From: a virus
DNA length: 64,000 bases
Reading direction: 5' to 3' (one strand)
Virus record (IMG/VR): IMGVR_UViG_3300032032_000001
Location: 32,001 to 96,000 of that record
Shown: piece after piece, positions 47,600-57,260 of the stretch
Position numbering within the stretch: position 1 is the first letter of the stretch
Layout of the letters: each line of letters starts with the position of its first letter
Made by a program: the position numbers and the translations under genes
The notes under the pieces: generated by a model
Told to the model about the DNA's origin: nothing
Databases searched by the model: none
Seen by the model: the letters and a program-made list of their open reading frames with translations, nothing else

Positions 47600-48264
47600 T
47601 CGATCCAGCAAGAAAGATTGCCCTACTTACGGAGCTTGAGAAGCGAGCCGCCCCTGGGGATAGCTGGGATAATATTAAATCCTCTATTCGTGGTGGCGTT
47701 GACAGGATGAAGAATGCGCCAGTCATGGGCGGCCCCTCCCTAAACAAGATGATGAGTAGGGCGCACGGTGCCGCATGGGCTGGTCCGTCGAAAGTAGTCG
47801 CCGCTCCGATCAAGTCTGGAACCGAGCGTGCCAAAGAGCTTCTCCTCGGCGAGAAAGCTACGCACGGCCCACACAAAGGCTCCCGCCTGCACCCAGTCAA
47901 GGGTGGCCCTGGCGGGTACCATGGTGGACTTAAGGTTATCGAGAAGGCTGAGTATGATGCCATCAAGGCAGGCTCGAAGAAGGGGCAGGTCTCCGCAAGC
48001 AAAATTGGCGGTAAGACGTTCTATTTTAAGCGTAAGTTTAGACCAGGAGGCCTCGCTGGTGTGATGATGCGTCACCCAGGGAAGTCGGCGCTAGGAGCCC
48101 TAGCTCTTTACTGGCTCGCAAAGAAAGAAAACAGGCAGGCTGCTGGGCAAGCGGTCGGAGGTATGCTTCCAGGTATGCCGAAGGGCCCAACCGAGGACGT
48201 TCAAAAAGAATGGTCCCAGCAACTGTCTTACAAAAACCCGCTGTCTGAACAGGCCTGGGGATAA
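47596..48264 (+). CDS. Basic Gly-rich protein with ELEKRAA leader
   Basis: Leader ends LTELEKRAA. Hydrophobic helix RHPGKSALGALALYWLA. Confidence 0.65.
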   Translation: MIDPARKIALLTELEKRAAPGDSWDNIKSSIRGGVDRMKNAPVMGGPSLNKMMSRAHGAAWAGPSKVVAAPIKSGTERAKELLLGEKATHGPHKGSRLHPVKGGPGGYHGGLKVIEKAEYDAIKAGSKKGQVSASKIGGKTFYFKRKFRPGGLAGVMMRHPGKSALGALALYWLAKKENRQAAGQAVGGMLPGMPKGPTEDVQKEWSQQLSYKNPLSEQAWG

Positions 48265-48274
48265 GGAGTCCACA

Positions 48275-48757
48275 ATGGATAAAGAAGCTAAATTTCGACT
48301 CATGAAAGCCCTCAAGAACTCCGGCATTGCCCGTATGTACAGGGGGGCCATGACACCATCTGTGAGAGAAGGCCTCCAGAAAGGCCTTGTCTGGGGAACC
48401 GGTGCGGCTGGCCTTACGGCAGGTATTCGCGGTATGGATGCGGCCATCGATTCGGTGCGTGTACCCAGGCAAAAGCGTAAGGCTTTTAATGATATGATCG
48501 AGGATAACCCAACCCTCAAGAAAGAGAACACAAAGGATGTCGCCCGTATCTTTAATACGCTGCACACCTTCAACCCAGAGATGGCGAGTGATCCTCTGGT
48601 TGCCGGGTCTTTTATGCGTAGAGCACTCCAGTTCAAAGATGAGGGCCTTCAACCAGTCGATGTGAAGACTTTGGCTGAAGTTAGGAAGCTACACTCAGAC
48701 GGTAAGCGAAAAGAAACGCTACTTCAGGCCATGTTTGGCTCAAGCTTGCCAGGGTAA
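48275..48757 (+). CDS. Putative virion protein
   Basis: MDKEAK start, hydrophobic GLVWGTGAAGLTAGI, AAGGAG RBS. Confidence 0.65.
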   Translation: MDKEAKFRLMKALKNSGIARMYRGAMTPSVREGLQKGLVWGTGAAGLTAGIRGMDAAIDSVRVPRQKRKAFNDMIEDNPTLKKENTKDVARIFNTLHTFNPEMASDPLVAGSFMRRALQFKDEGLQPVDVKTLAEVRKLHSDGKRKETLLQAMFGSSLPG

Positions 48758-48760
48758 ACA

Positions 48761-49447
48761 ATGAGCAGTGGGAAAAAGAATAAGCGATTCCAAGAGTCAA
48801 GGGCTGCTGAGTTTCTAGCGTCCCCTGCTGGGAAAGCTTTGTCTTCCGCTGCGTTTACAGGGGTTTCTCTTGTCGGACTTAGGAAAATCCTGAGAACAAG
48901 GGGCATCCGAAAAAGATTGCCCACATCGTTCAAGGATATGAAGGGGGATGTTCGGGGTCTTTCAAACAAAGACCTCAGAAGCGCCTCCGGGTTATCCGCA
49001 ATTATGGGCGCTGCGTTTGCTGGACCAGACAAGAGTACCTACGCGAACAATCTGAATAAGCGACTACTCTCTGGTGGAAAACTTACCCGGACGGAGCGGA
49101 AGCGCTTGTTTGGGGGGGAAGCCCCGAAGGCGCGGAAGAAGAAGTCTAAAACCGGCTTTAATGATGTGTACTGGTCTCCTAAGAAATGGGGGGCCGCGAT
49201 GGCAGCATCGACAGGGCTCGGTAGTTTAGTGTCTGGATCCATGGGTAGAGGGTGGTCATTCACGCCCAGGGTGGCTGCGGGGCAAGCTCTTCTTAGTTTC
49301 CCAACCATGATGGGTGAGGCCACAATAAGAAAAGAAATTCAAACCAGAGCCTTAGCAAGTAGGCTCAGTAGCGGTAAAGATCTTCTGCCCGCTGAGAAGC
49401 GGCTGCTCTCTACGATGAAGAAGATTAGGGCGGAAGGCGGAAAATAA
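48761..49447 (+). CDS. Basic protein with amphipathic helices
   Basis: Lys/Arg-rich with several Gly/Ala/Ser hydrophobic helices. Confidence 0.6.
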   Translation: MSSGKKNKRFQESRAAEFLASPAGKALSSAAFTGVSLVGLRKILRTRGIRKRLPTSFKDMKGDVRGLSNKDLRSASGLSAIMGAAFAGPDKSTYANNLNKRLLSGGKLTRTERKRLFGGEAPKARKKKSKTGFNDVYWSPKKWGAAMAASTGLGSLVSGSMGRGWSFTPRVAAGQALLSFPTMMGEATIRKEIQTRALASRLSSGKDLLPAEKRLLSTMKKIRAEGGK

Positions 49448-51129
49448 TGCTTAAATTACTTACATTCCCAGGGTCAGACGATGATGGGAACATTTTTGTT
49501 CAAGCCATCAACCCGGCAGAAGACTTAACTAAAGTCGCCGACGGGACCCTTTCCCCCGAGATCTCGAATCACATCTCCACGCTGAAAAGCAGCCCCGGCT
49601 GTTTGTTTGTTCTAGTTAACGCTTTGGGGGCTGGTGAGTATTACGGTAGTAATATTAACGGTGATTACTTTGAGGAGTCTGAGCTAAACCCCAAAACCCC
49701 CACAGATTTGGCAGGGTACAAGACTTTCGCTAACGCGGGCATCTACAGGCACCATAAGAATAAAGACATAGCTAAGTCTATGGGTCAGGTTGTGTTCTCA
49801 AATTACAACCCCGTAATGCACCGAGTTGAGCTGATCATACGGGTTGATAGGACAAAAGCGGAGTCAGAGGGCCATTCGGATCTTGTCCGTAGGCTTGATG
49901 CGGGTGAACACCCTGCGGTCAGTATGGGGTGTAAGGTTAAGTACGATGTGTGCTCAATATGTGGCCACAAGTCCAAGACTAGGGCCGACTACTGCGTACA
50001 CGCTAAAACAATGATGGGTAAGGTGTTCCCAGACGGTAGAAAGGTTTTCGTATACAATCCTAGGCCAAGGTTTTTCGACCTAAGCTTTGTTGTTATTGGT
50101 GCAGACCGAACAAGTTACGCAATGGCAAAGGTCGCCAGCGTGTATGGTGGCTCATCTGCCTATGCCGCAGAAGCGGAAGGTTTGCGGGACGGGGATACGG
50201 TTTCAATGCTCAAAGAGAAGCTGGCAAAGAAGCAGAAAGTGTCTCAAATACTTAAGCAGGTGCCCGCCATGTCGGCAAAGGTTATGCCCCCGATAACCAG
50301 GGCGGAGCCTAATATCGGGTGCTCATGCTTAAACCAGCTTGGAAAGCAACCGCTCCAGAAAGTCCTAACAACCTCTGCGTCTAGCGGGATTGTTTTGAAG
50401 CCGCAAGAGTTCCAGAGAATTGTACTTGTTAGGATGGGGCACAAGCCTTTGGCTGATAGACTTGACAGGTCCGGGCAAATTTTCCCAGAATCGTCAAATG
50501 TTGACCGAAGCGTTATTATTGGTAGACCCCATGACCATTCTCATGGCATTAGAGATTTATTGATGAATATTCTCCAACAAAGGAGTATGTTCGGACCGGT
50601 ATTGCGTAAACGCATTATCATTATTAAGAAGATGGGGCCTTCTACAGAGGCCCACCCACAGCATATGCTAGGGATGCGGAAATTAAGTGGCATTAAAGAT
50701 ACCAATCTATCAAGTGGGGAAAAGGCTCTTCTTAATAAGATCGGTGCAAGTTACAATGGTTACCGCGAGCAACTATTAGAGAAAATAGGATCTATAGTTG
50801 ATAATATTACGAGAGGTGATATAAAATTGCTTTCCGCAATCGACAATGGCACAGGATTAGAAGATGCCTTTACCGGAGACCCCATGACTAAAGAAGCAAC
50901 GCTGCCGTTCGCTTTGTTGGGTGTACTTCCTATGGCTTATCTTTACGGGGCCCACGCACGAACTAAGCGAGGTCGCGGCCAATCACTAAGTGCTCTTGAT
51001 ACTTTTGTGGAAAAACATCCGGTTTTAGCATCCTCTGTTTTCCTTGGATTGACACGGCTTGGGGCAAAAATGTCTTCAGCGGGTATGTTCAAACAGGGAC
51101 TGGAGAAGCTCCTTGCTAAAATCGATTAA
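49447..51129 (+). CDS. Prohead maturation protease (HK97 gp4/assemblin-like) with Zn insertion
   Basis: NINGDYF, YRHHKN (His), AVSMGC (Ser), CSICG...CVH, FFDLSFVVIGAD. Upstream of scaffolds and capsid. Confidence 0.8.
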   Translation: MLKLLTFPGSDDDGNIFVQAINPAEDLTKVADGTLSPEISNHISTLKSSPGCLFVLVNALGAGEYYGSNINGDYFEESELNPKTPTDLAGYKTFANAGIYRHHKNKDIAKSMGQVVFSNYNPVMHRVELIIRVDRTKAESEGHSDLVRRLDAGEHPAVSMGCKVKYDVCSICGHKSKTRADYCVHAKTMMGKVFPDGRKVFVYNPRPRFFDLSFVVIGADRTSYAMAKVASVYGGSSAYAAEAEGLRDGDTVSMLKEKLAKKQKVSQILKQVPAMSAKVMPPITRAEPNIGCSCLNQLGKQPLQKVLTTSASSGIVLKPQEFQRIVLVRMGHKPLADRLDRSGQIFPESSNVDRSVIIGRPHDHSHGIRDLLMNILQQRSMFGPVLRKRIIIIKKMGPSTEAHPQHMLGMRKLSGIKDTNLSSGEKALLNKIGASYNGYREQLLEKIGSIVDNITRGDIKLLSAIDNGTGLEDAFTGDPMTKEATLPFALLGVLPMAYLYGAHARTKRGRGQSLSALDTFVEKHPVLASSVFLGLTRLGAKMSSAGMFKQGLEKLLAKID

Positions 51130-51228
51130 ACGCCATGTGGTATTTAGGCTGAATATCGGCCAAAGATGGTGCCCCGGCAGGACCGTGTTAAAACTTGAAA
51201 ACTCAAATCCCTTAAGGAGGGTAAAACG

Positions 51229-51840
51229 ATGAACGAACTGTTAGCACAGGCCTACGGAACAGCCGACAATATCCAGATCAACTCTGGCGTAGAGAAGACT
51301 GCCGAGGCCGCACTACTTGAAGAACTTGAAAAAATCGCAAGCGCTGAGGGCATTGACCTCAACGAATTCGACGATAATGACATCATGGAAATTATCGGCG
51401 AAGCGCTTGGTGAGACCGAGAAGGTGGCCGCTGCCACTGAAGAGACTGAAGAGGTTGCTGAAGAGGGCGAGGCCAAATTGGCTGAAGCTGACTTCCTTGG
51501 CCGAACCATGGCTCACTCGTTCTACGATGAACTTACCTCCATTCAGCATGGTGGCACTGAGAAGACCGCCGCTCGCAACAGCGACAACTTCTTGAAGGTT
51601 GCTGCTGATGAGGTCAACGCTGATGAGATTGACCCTGAAATGGCTCAGGCTTTTGAGGACGCTGCTATGGCTCGCGCTTCTGAGATTATCGAATATCTCG
51701 ACAGCGGTGAAGTTAAGCAGTCTTCTGCTGCGTACGATGACGAAGAGCTTGACTCTGCTGTCACCGAGCGTGCCGGAGAGCTTCTCAGTGAGGCTGGTTA
51801 TGACGTAGAGGCAATTTCTGCGGCACTCACTGGCGAGTAA
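51229..51840 (+). CDS. Acidic scaffold/core protein
   Basis: Very acidic. EKTAE, EKIAS, EKVAA, AKLAE, EKTAA, LKVAA. AAGGAGG RBS. Confidence 0.7.
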   Translation: MNELLAQAYGTADNIQINSGVEKTAEAALLEELEKIASAEGIDLNEFDDNDIMEIIGEALGETEKVAAATEETEEVAEEGEAKLAEADFLGRTMAHSFYDELTSIQHGGTEKTAARNSDNFLKVAADEVNADEIDPEMAQAFEDAAMARASEIIEYLDSGEVKQSSAAYDDEELDSAVTERAGELLSEAGYDVEAISAALTGE

Positions 51841-51845
51841 TTACT

Positions 51846-52037
51846 TTGTCTAAGAGGGATAAACAAAAGCAGGAGAAGATCGAAAGGCTCAAGAAAGCAT
51901 TTCGAAAAGCGCAGGAAGAGGGTGAAGACTCTCTAAAAAAGGGCTCTAAGGAGCTTAAAAATAACCCTGACAGGTCTGCCTTGTTTACCTTATTAGCTGG
52001 TAATATAATCAACAGGAGTAAATCGCAGAAGCGATAA
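51846..52037 (+). CDS. Small basic hypothetical protein
   Basis: 63 aa, TTG start, fills the gap. Confidence 0.45.
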   Translation: MSKRDKQKQEKIERLKKAFRKAQEEGEDSLKKGSKELKNNPDRSALFTLLAGNIINRSKSQKR

Positions 52038-52047
52038 TAAGAGACAA

Positions 52048-52075
52048 CCCCCGCTCGGGGAAACTCGGGCGGGGG
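52048..52075 (+). promoter_or_regulatory. GC-rich GAAA-tetraloop hairpin without U tract
   Basis: CCCCCGCTCGGG-GAAA-CTCGGGCGGGGG just upstream of the AGGAG RBS of 52099. Confidence 0.6.
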
Positions 52076-52098
52076 GAGTCCCCAGGAGAAAAGCACAT

Positions 52099-52887
52099 AT
52101 GTCATCTTTAGACACACTTATACAAAAGCTTGCTGGGGCCGCCTCTTCCGCTTCCACGTCCGAATCCTCTTCGGCAAACCCACCTAGCAAGGAAGCGACG
52201 CTAACGGACCCCGTGTATGTCGAGAAATTGGCCTCTGCGGTCGATTTTATTATCGATACCTGGGGAAGTGAGCCGGAAGAGGTCGGGACCACCGCTCGAC
52301 CAGAGCTAGATAATCATACTGCGGTCAAAACCGCTGCACCAGTGGAAGAAGTTCCGGCTGAGGCAGTAGTAGAGGCCGATATTAACTCTGTGACTAAAAT
52401 CTCAGAACTCTTAAAAACCAAGCTTCAAACAAAGCTTGCTTCCCGCCGTGAGGCTGAAAGCGCTGCAATTGAAGAACGTGGCTCTCAGATCGCAGAAAGC
52501 GTTCTAGGGAAGCTTCTTGAGTTAAGAGGCGATGTTGACGAGTTGAAGAACGAGTTCAACGACTCTACCCCGGAAGAGGTAGAGGATGTTATTGCTCGGA
52601 GCTTCTACTCAGATAATAATGATAATAATATGGATAGCGAGAACGAATCTGACTCAAATGAGGCAGATGGTGAGGCAGCGATCAAGGCAGCAGCCGCAGA
52701 TCAAAGTCTTGCTGATGTGCTGAATGCAGCACTTGGTACTGACGAACAAACCGATGAGAGTGTCCAAGAGGACACAAAGACCGCTGGGGTTCGTGGTAGC
52801 GATGGGTCAACTAAGACCCGTAAGGCGGCCACTACGCTTCTAAAAGAGAAGTTAATGGCCAAACAAGGTGAGGAGGCACAATCATGA
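52099..52887 (+). CDS. Acidic scaffold/core protein
   Basis: QKLAG, SKEAT, EKLAS, VKTAA, TKLAS, IKAAA, TKTAG. Confidence 0.7.
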   Translation: MSSLDTLIQKLAGAASSASTSESSSANPPSKEATLTDPVYVEKLASAVDFIIDTWGSEPEEVGTTARPELDNHTAVKTAAPVEEVPAEAVVEADINSVTKISELLKTKLQTKLASRREAESAAIEERGSQIAESVLGKLLELRGDVDELKNEFNDSTPEEVEDVIARSFYSDNNDNNMDSENESDSNEADGEAAIKAAAADQSLADVLNAALGTDEQTDESVQEDTKTAGVRGSDGSTKTRKAATTLLKEKLMAKQGEEAQS

Positions 52888-53231
52888 GCAAACTAACCAA
52901 GGAATCAACCCAAGAGGTGTTGTCCCAAGTACCTGAGGCCCTTAGGGCTTTAGTTGACGAGAACACCAAGCTCGCATCTGCTTTGGCAGAATATGAGCGC
53001 AGGGATAAAGCTGAGGAAATCGTTTCAATGATGGATGCCCGTGGCTTCTCAGACAAAGCAACTCCTTTTAAGAAGAAGGTGGCAGCCCTGTTAGCTTCTA
53101 AGAAGGATTTGTCTGTAGTTAAAGAAGCTCTGGCCCTATCCGCACCTGATTTGTCCTTTGCATCACTCTCCGACGTGCCGGAACATAGAGATGCAACATC
53201 CGCCTTCGAGAACTTTCTTCTCGAAGATTAA
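52884..53231 (+). CDS. Scaffold-like coiled-coil protein
   Basis: TKLAS, KKVAA; ends AFENFLLED. Confidence 0.65.
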   Translation: MSKLTKESTQEVLSQVPEALRALVDENTKLASALAEYERRDKAEEIVSMMDARGFSDKATPFKKKVAALLASKKDLSVVKEALALSAPDLSFASLSDVPEHRDATSAFENFLLED

Positions 53232-53253
53232 ACTGTAACTGGAGGAAAATAAA

Positions 53254-53835
53254 ATGGCATTACAACCATTAGAAGCCACCAGACGGCGGAGTGTAAGCCC
53301 TACCACGTCAACTCTTCACATGCTTGTCGAAGATATTGACTGTAGTGCTTTAACTGCTGCGCCCGAAGATGGTCAATTTATTGTCGCGGTCTCTAAGACT
53401 GGACAGGACGGGGCTGGGCTAACGCTCAACCACGACAACGCTGGATCTGTTGATTCGTTAGGCGCTGGTCTGTCCATGGTCTGGGGTTCCGCTCAACGGT
53501 CTGATCGACAGGCACGAGGAGACGCTCGCGTCCCCGTTATCCGCAAGGGTGGCGGTCGCTTTCGTACCAAGTGTTTCTTGCGTGACGACAACGATGGTGA
53601 TCTTTCAACTAAGTACATCGAGGGTGCGGCGTTAACCGTTGCTCCCCCGGCTACGGCGTTGCAAGGATCTACTGATCGTTTGATGATCACAACCGTCTCG
53701 TCTGCTGCTGGCAACGACAACTGTTGGGTTATTGGTTACTGCATCCGCGTAATCACTGATTCGATTGTTTCCGGAACCGGCGAAATCGAGTTTTACCTGT
53801 ACGACCAACCACGTCTCGTCCAGACGGACGACTAA
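53254..53835 (+). CDS. Putative capsid decoration/cement protein
   Basis: Beta-rich 193 aa immediately upstream of the capsid gene, GGAGG RBS. Confidence 0.6.
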   Translation: MALQPLEATRRRSVSPTTSTLHMLVEDIDCSALTAAPEDGQFIVAVSKTGQDGAGLTLNHDNAGSVDSLGAGLSMVWGSAQRSDRQARGDARVPVIRKGGGRFRTKCFLRDDNDGDLSTKYIEGAALTVAPPATALQGSTDRLMITTVSSAAGNDNCWVIGYCIRVITDSIVSGTGEIEFYLYDQPRLVQTDD

Positions 53836-53847
53836 AGGAGGATAATC

Positions 53848-55044
53848 ATGTCTAGTGTACCTAGCGAAGTCCTCAACGAGTTGTTTGTAAGCAAACTCGA
53901 TTCTGAGGCTGGAAAAGAAAAGATCGCTGCTCTTGGTGGCGATTACATTAAAGATCGTTTGCGTGAGGAGAGCTTTGCTCGCAAAATTCTTCCCCCGAAG
54001 ACGGTTTCACGCTCTGACCTTCAGGTCAGTGTTAGTCACGATACCCTGGTTAAGATCGTAGAGGTCGAACCCCAGAGCCGTGCCATGAGTATGTCTTTCC
54101 GAGGTCAGCCCTCGGTTAAGTACTACACTGGTCCGCGCTTTGAGGTGCCCTTCCACACGGTGGGCTCCGAGCGATACGAGCAGACTGAGCAGGAGTTGAT
54201 GGCATACACGATGCCTATTACGGAGATCATCCGTCGTAACATCGTGAACGACATCCAAGAGGTTGAGGACACTGTGTTCTTGAGCCACATGGAGTCGGCA
54301 TGTCAATCGCTTCAGCAGGATGCACAGGATCTTGTCTTTGGTGCTGATTACGCGGCAAACGTTTCTTTCACTGCAAAGAACGTTAACGCAAACAGCGTCC
54401 CTGAGATTGGTAAGTGTAAGGGTGTTGATGTCCTTCAAAACGCGGACGCTGGCTTAGCCGACGGTCTCGCAAACGACGAGGACCTTGCGTTCCCCGTCCA
54501 GAAGGATGACTTCATTAAGTTGTTCCAACTCTTCACGGGCTCGGGTAACCGAGGTTCGCGTCTGCGTTGTGATCAATTCCTGATGACTGATACCGATTTT
54601 GAAGATCTTAACGCTTGGGTCCATGCGGACATGGGTGAGAAGATTGTCGGTGAGACTACTGTTGACGGGTACAAGTACTCTACGGTTATTGGCCGTAAGT
54701 TTGTTCGTACCTTGAAGACGGACATTCTCCGCCCCGGCAATATCTACGCCTTTGCTGCCGCTGAGTACCTTGGTGGCTTCTTGCTTCTCAACAAGACGAA
54801 GTTCTACGCTGATAAAGAGCGTAACCGAGTCTCGTTCGAGGCGTGGGAAGATATCGGCATGTACATCGGCAACGTTGCTGGTGTCCGTAAGCTTGAATTG
54901 TATGCAGGTTCTGTTGAGACCGTTACTGCGACTCCCAACACGAACACGCGTGCTGCTCGCTTGCCTGTTGATGAAACCGATCTCGGTAAGAAGAACAACC
55001 TCGTCGAGGAAGGCCAGACCTTCCCCGCCGTAACGTCCTTCTAA
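53848..55044 (+). CDS. Major capsid protein (HK97 fold)
   Basis: 398 aa, AAGGAGG RBS, followed by a UUCG hairpin. IKDRLREESFARKILPP, DIQEVEDTVFL, FEAWEDIGMYIGN. Position after protease and scaffolds. Confidence 0.85.
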   Translation: MSSVPSEVLNELFVSKLDSEAGKEKIAALGGDYIKDRLREESFARKILPPKTVSRSDLQVSVSHDTLVKIVEVEPQSRAMSMSFRGQPSVKYYTGPRFEVPFHTVGSERYEQTEQELMAYTMPITEIIRRNIVNDIQEVEDTVFLSHMESACQSLQQDAQDLVFGADYAANVSFTAKNVNANSVPEIGKCKGVDVLQNADAGLADGLANDEDLAFPVQKDDFIKLFQLFTGSGNRGSRLRCDQFLMTDTDFEDLNAWVHADMGEKIVGETTVDGYKYSTVIGRKFVRTLKTDILRPGNIYAFAAAEYLGGFLLLNKTKFYADKERNRVSFEAWEDIGMYIGNVAGVRKLELYAGSVETVTATPNTNTRAARLPVDETDLGKKNNLVEEGQTFPAVTSF

Positions 55045-55053
55045 TTTGCCCTC

Positions 55054-55103
55054 GTGGGGGTGCCCCTGGCTTCGGCTGGGGGCACCTTCCACTTACTTTA
55101 TTT
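55054..55103 (+). terminator. Terminator after the major capsid gene
   Basis: GTGGGGGTGCCCCTGGC-TTCG-GCTGGGGGCACCTTCCAC then TTACTTTATTT. Confidence 0.8.
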
Positions 55104-55116
55104 GGAGGTAATAAAG

Positions 55117-55677
55117 ATGCCTTACATCATCAAAGCATTAATTGGCGGTCGAAGAGACCCGCTACACAAGCCCAAAAAGGGCGGTAGGCATTTGTCCCCT
55201 GCCTCTCGACGCGCATATGGGCGCTTGACAATTGGGAACAGAACTATCAAACGCGGAAAACAGATTTCCGTAAGTGACGATGTCTATGATCAATTTAAGA
55301 CTAAGATTGACGCACTCGCTGAGAGCGGAATCATTGCTCTTACCAAGACAGGTCACACTAAGGATGGGTGGAAACAAGAACAGCTCCACGCACCAGCGCC
55401 CCCTGCTCACGCCCCTGAGCCACCCGCTCCAGAGGTTAAAGAAGAAGAGCCTACACGGGGTGTAATTGAAATCGATATGTCTCCAGCTGACGAGCCAGTA
55501 GAGGAGCCCGTTGTTGTGGCTGCCCCTGAGCCGGAGCCAGAAGAGCCGAAGGCCGAAGAGCCCGCCCCAAATAAGCGTGCATCTAAGAAGGTATTGGCTA
55601 AGGAAGACAAAACTGAAGAGGCACCTGCCGAAAAGCCAAAGAGACGTGGTCGAAGAAAAAGCAAGAAGGATGACTAA
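55117..55677 (+). CDS. Hypothetical protein, Pro/Glu-rich with basic tail
   Basis: ATG at 55117 with GGAGG RBS. Confidence 0.7.
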   Translation: MPYIIKALIGGRRDPLHKPKKGGRHLSPASRRAYGRLTIGNRTIKRGKQISVSDDVYDQFKTKIDALAESGIIALTKTGHTKDGWKQEQLHAPAPPAHAPEPPAPEVKEEEPTRGVIEIDMSPADEPVEEPVVVAAPEPEPEEPKAEEPAPNKRASKKVLAKEDKTEEAPAEKPKRRGRRKSKKDD

Positions 55678-55935
55678 ATGTATATTCGAAGCGAAAGAAA
55701 GGCTTGGAATATCGAAGGAACCTACTTGATTCCTGGAGCCACCATGTCCATCGATCAGGCAACGTTGAGTAAATATCAGCGTCTGGTCGATAGGGGTGAC
55801 TTGGTTGTGTTTGAGAGAGACCCAAACGCAAAGAAGGTAGCTGCTAAGCCTACGGTGGAGGTCCCTCCTGAGAAGGAGCCTAAGCCTAAGGCAAAGAGAA
55901 AAAGAAGCACTAAGAAGAAGGTAACTGATGCCTAA
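55678..55935 (+). CDS. Hypothetical protein with basic tail
   Basis: Abuts the previous stop. Confidence 0.65.
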   Translation: MYIRSERKAWNIEGTYLIPGATMSIDQATLSKYQRLVDRGDLVVFERDPNAKKVAAKPTVEVPPEKEPKPKAKRKRSTKKKVTDA

Positions 55936-56461
55936 TGATCCTCTAAAGCCTAGCGGTGATGCGCACGGAATCGATGCGTCTGCGAAAAAGGGATTGCCAG
56001 AGAAGCTGGTAAATCTCATCGCACTGATCCGCGCAAAGCTTAGGGATTATCCGGAACTCAATCGCCTTATTGAAGGTAACGAAACCTCTGATAGAGAGAT
56101 CGCGTTTGCGATCATGGAAGCAATTGACGACTTCAACACATCTCCCCCACTTATCGGGCAGTTTGGGTTGGAGAACTTTCCGTCTACCTCCCTTCTTATC
56201 AGAGGCTCTATTATCAACGTGCTTGAGTCTGTCGGCTTACTACAGACACGTAACCAAATGAACTATTCAGACGGACAAGGCTTACAAGTTGGTGTCTCTG
56301 ACAAAGCTCCCATGCTCATGAACTGGATTAATCTCTATACGAACCAGTATGAGCAGAAGAAGTTTCGTCTTAAACAGGCAATCAATCTTGGCGGAGCTTT
56401 GAACGGCTCAGCGGTACCTTCCGAGTATGTGCTCGTGAATGGGTACTTTGATGATCTGTAG
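55928..56461 (+). CDS. Head-tail adaptor (neck) protein
   Basis: Helical, IRAKLRD...AIDDFN...YSDG, downstream of capsid. Confidence 0.65.
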   Translation: MPNDPLKPSGDAHGIDASAKKGLPEKLVNLIALIRAKLRDYPELNRLIEGNETSDREIAFAIMEAIDDFNTSPPLIGQFGLENFPSTSLLIRGSIINVLESVGLLQTRNQMNYSDGQGLQVGVSDKAPMLMNWINLYTNQYEQKKFRLKQAINLGGALNGSAVPSEYVLVNGYFDDL

Positions 56462-56472
56462 GAGATACTGAT

Positions 56473-56901
56473 ATGGCACAGATTCCAAATAAGAAGCTTG
56501 AGATTCTGAATTTCGGTCAACCAGTTCCGCTCGCGGACAACGGGACCGAAGTTATTAAAATCCCAGACTCACACCTTTACACGAACTTCTCCCTTACCTT
56601 GGGCACGCTTACCAATGTAGCTGTCACAGTTTCGGGCCTTGTTTCTGGATCAACTGAGCCTGGGGTCGCCGCCCCCGGAGCCAACGTAGGCTCTAAAGAG
56701 ATTGTGCTCATCGGCGGATCCACAACGAACAACGAAGTTGATGTAAAGCCTCAGAAGAACCAAACGTCCACCTGGGCCCTAAGCACTCCTTTTCCGGGAG
56801 GTGTAGAGGTCACAGTTGTAAACACTACCGGTGGAAATGTCGTGCTCAATTTAGCAGTGATGATGTCTGGGTCTCTGTATAGCTCGGGGAGGAACTCATG
56901 A
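56473..56901 (+). CDS. Hypothetical beta-rich structural protein
   Basis: AGGAG RBS, Thr/Val/Gly-rich. Confidence 0.6.
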   Translation: MAQIPNKKLEILNFGQPVPLADNGTEVIKIPDSHLYTNFSLTLGTLTNVAVTVSGLVSGSTEPGVAAPGANVGSKEIVLIGGSTTNNEVDVKPQKNQTSTWALSTPFPGGVEVTVVNTTGGNVVLNLAVMMSGSLYSSGRNS

Positions 56902-57260
56902 ACCCATTCGACACTTTGGCCGAGAGTAACACCGACGACAACTACCTTGCGCGTGTTGAGTTCTTCTTAAGCCTTAAGGAAAAGATCGGAAGTGTTTCGT
57001 CCGTCAAATCTATCGCTAAGGATGAGGTTAAGGCCCTTCTTAAATCTAAAGGCGTCGGCAGCGCCAAGCTCAGAAGCGCACTTTCTGGGAAGATGAACAA
57101 GCCTAAAGACATCCCAGGGTTCTCCAAGAAGCTTGGGCCCAAGTCTGATGTAAAAGTCAAAAGCACCAAGATCAAGAGCCCCGACAAAGTTAAAGCACCC
57201 AAGAGTGAGGCTAAGCAGAAGCTAGTCTCCGCGCTTAAGAGACTAAAGGCGGGGATCTAG
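56898..57260 (+). CDS. Lys-rich hypothetical protein
   Basis: Acidic leader ending KEKIGS, then a very basic body. Confidence 0.6.
   Translation: MNPFDTLAESNTDDNYLARVEFFLSLKEKIGSVSSVKSIAKDEVKALLKSKGVGSAKLRSALSGKMNKPKDIPGFSKKLGPKSDVKVKSTKIKSPDKVKAPKSEAKQKLVSALKRLKAGI

Noticed and set aside
37655-51150. Shared late promoter motif (TGTATTAT near 37666, TGGTATTT near 51137)
   Set aside because: Too few and too dissimilar instances to support a consensus.
46633-56019. Long antisense ORFs (46633-47409, 54454-55092, 55162-56019 and similar)
   Set aside because: Shadows of well-supported plus-strand genes, with no RBS or recognisable motifs.
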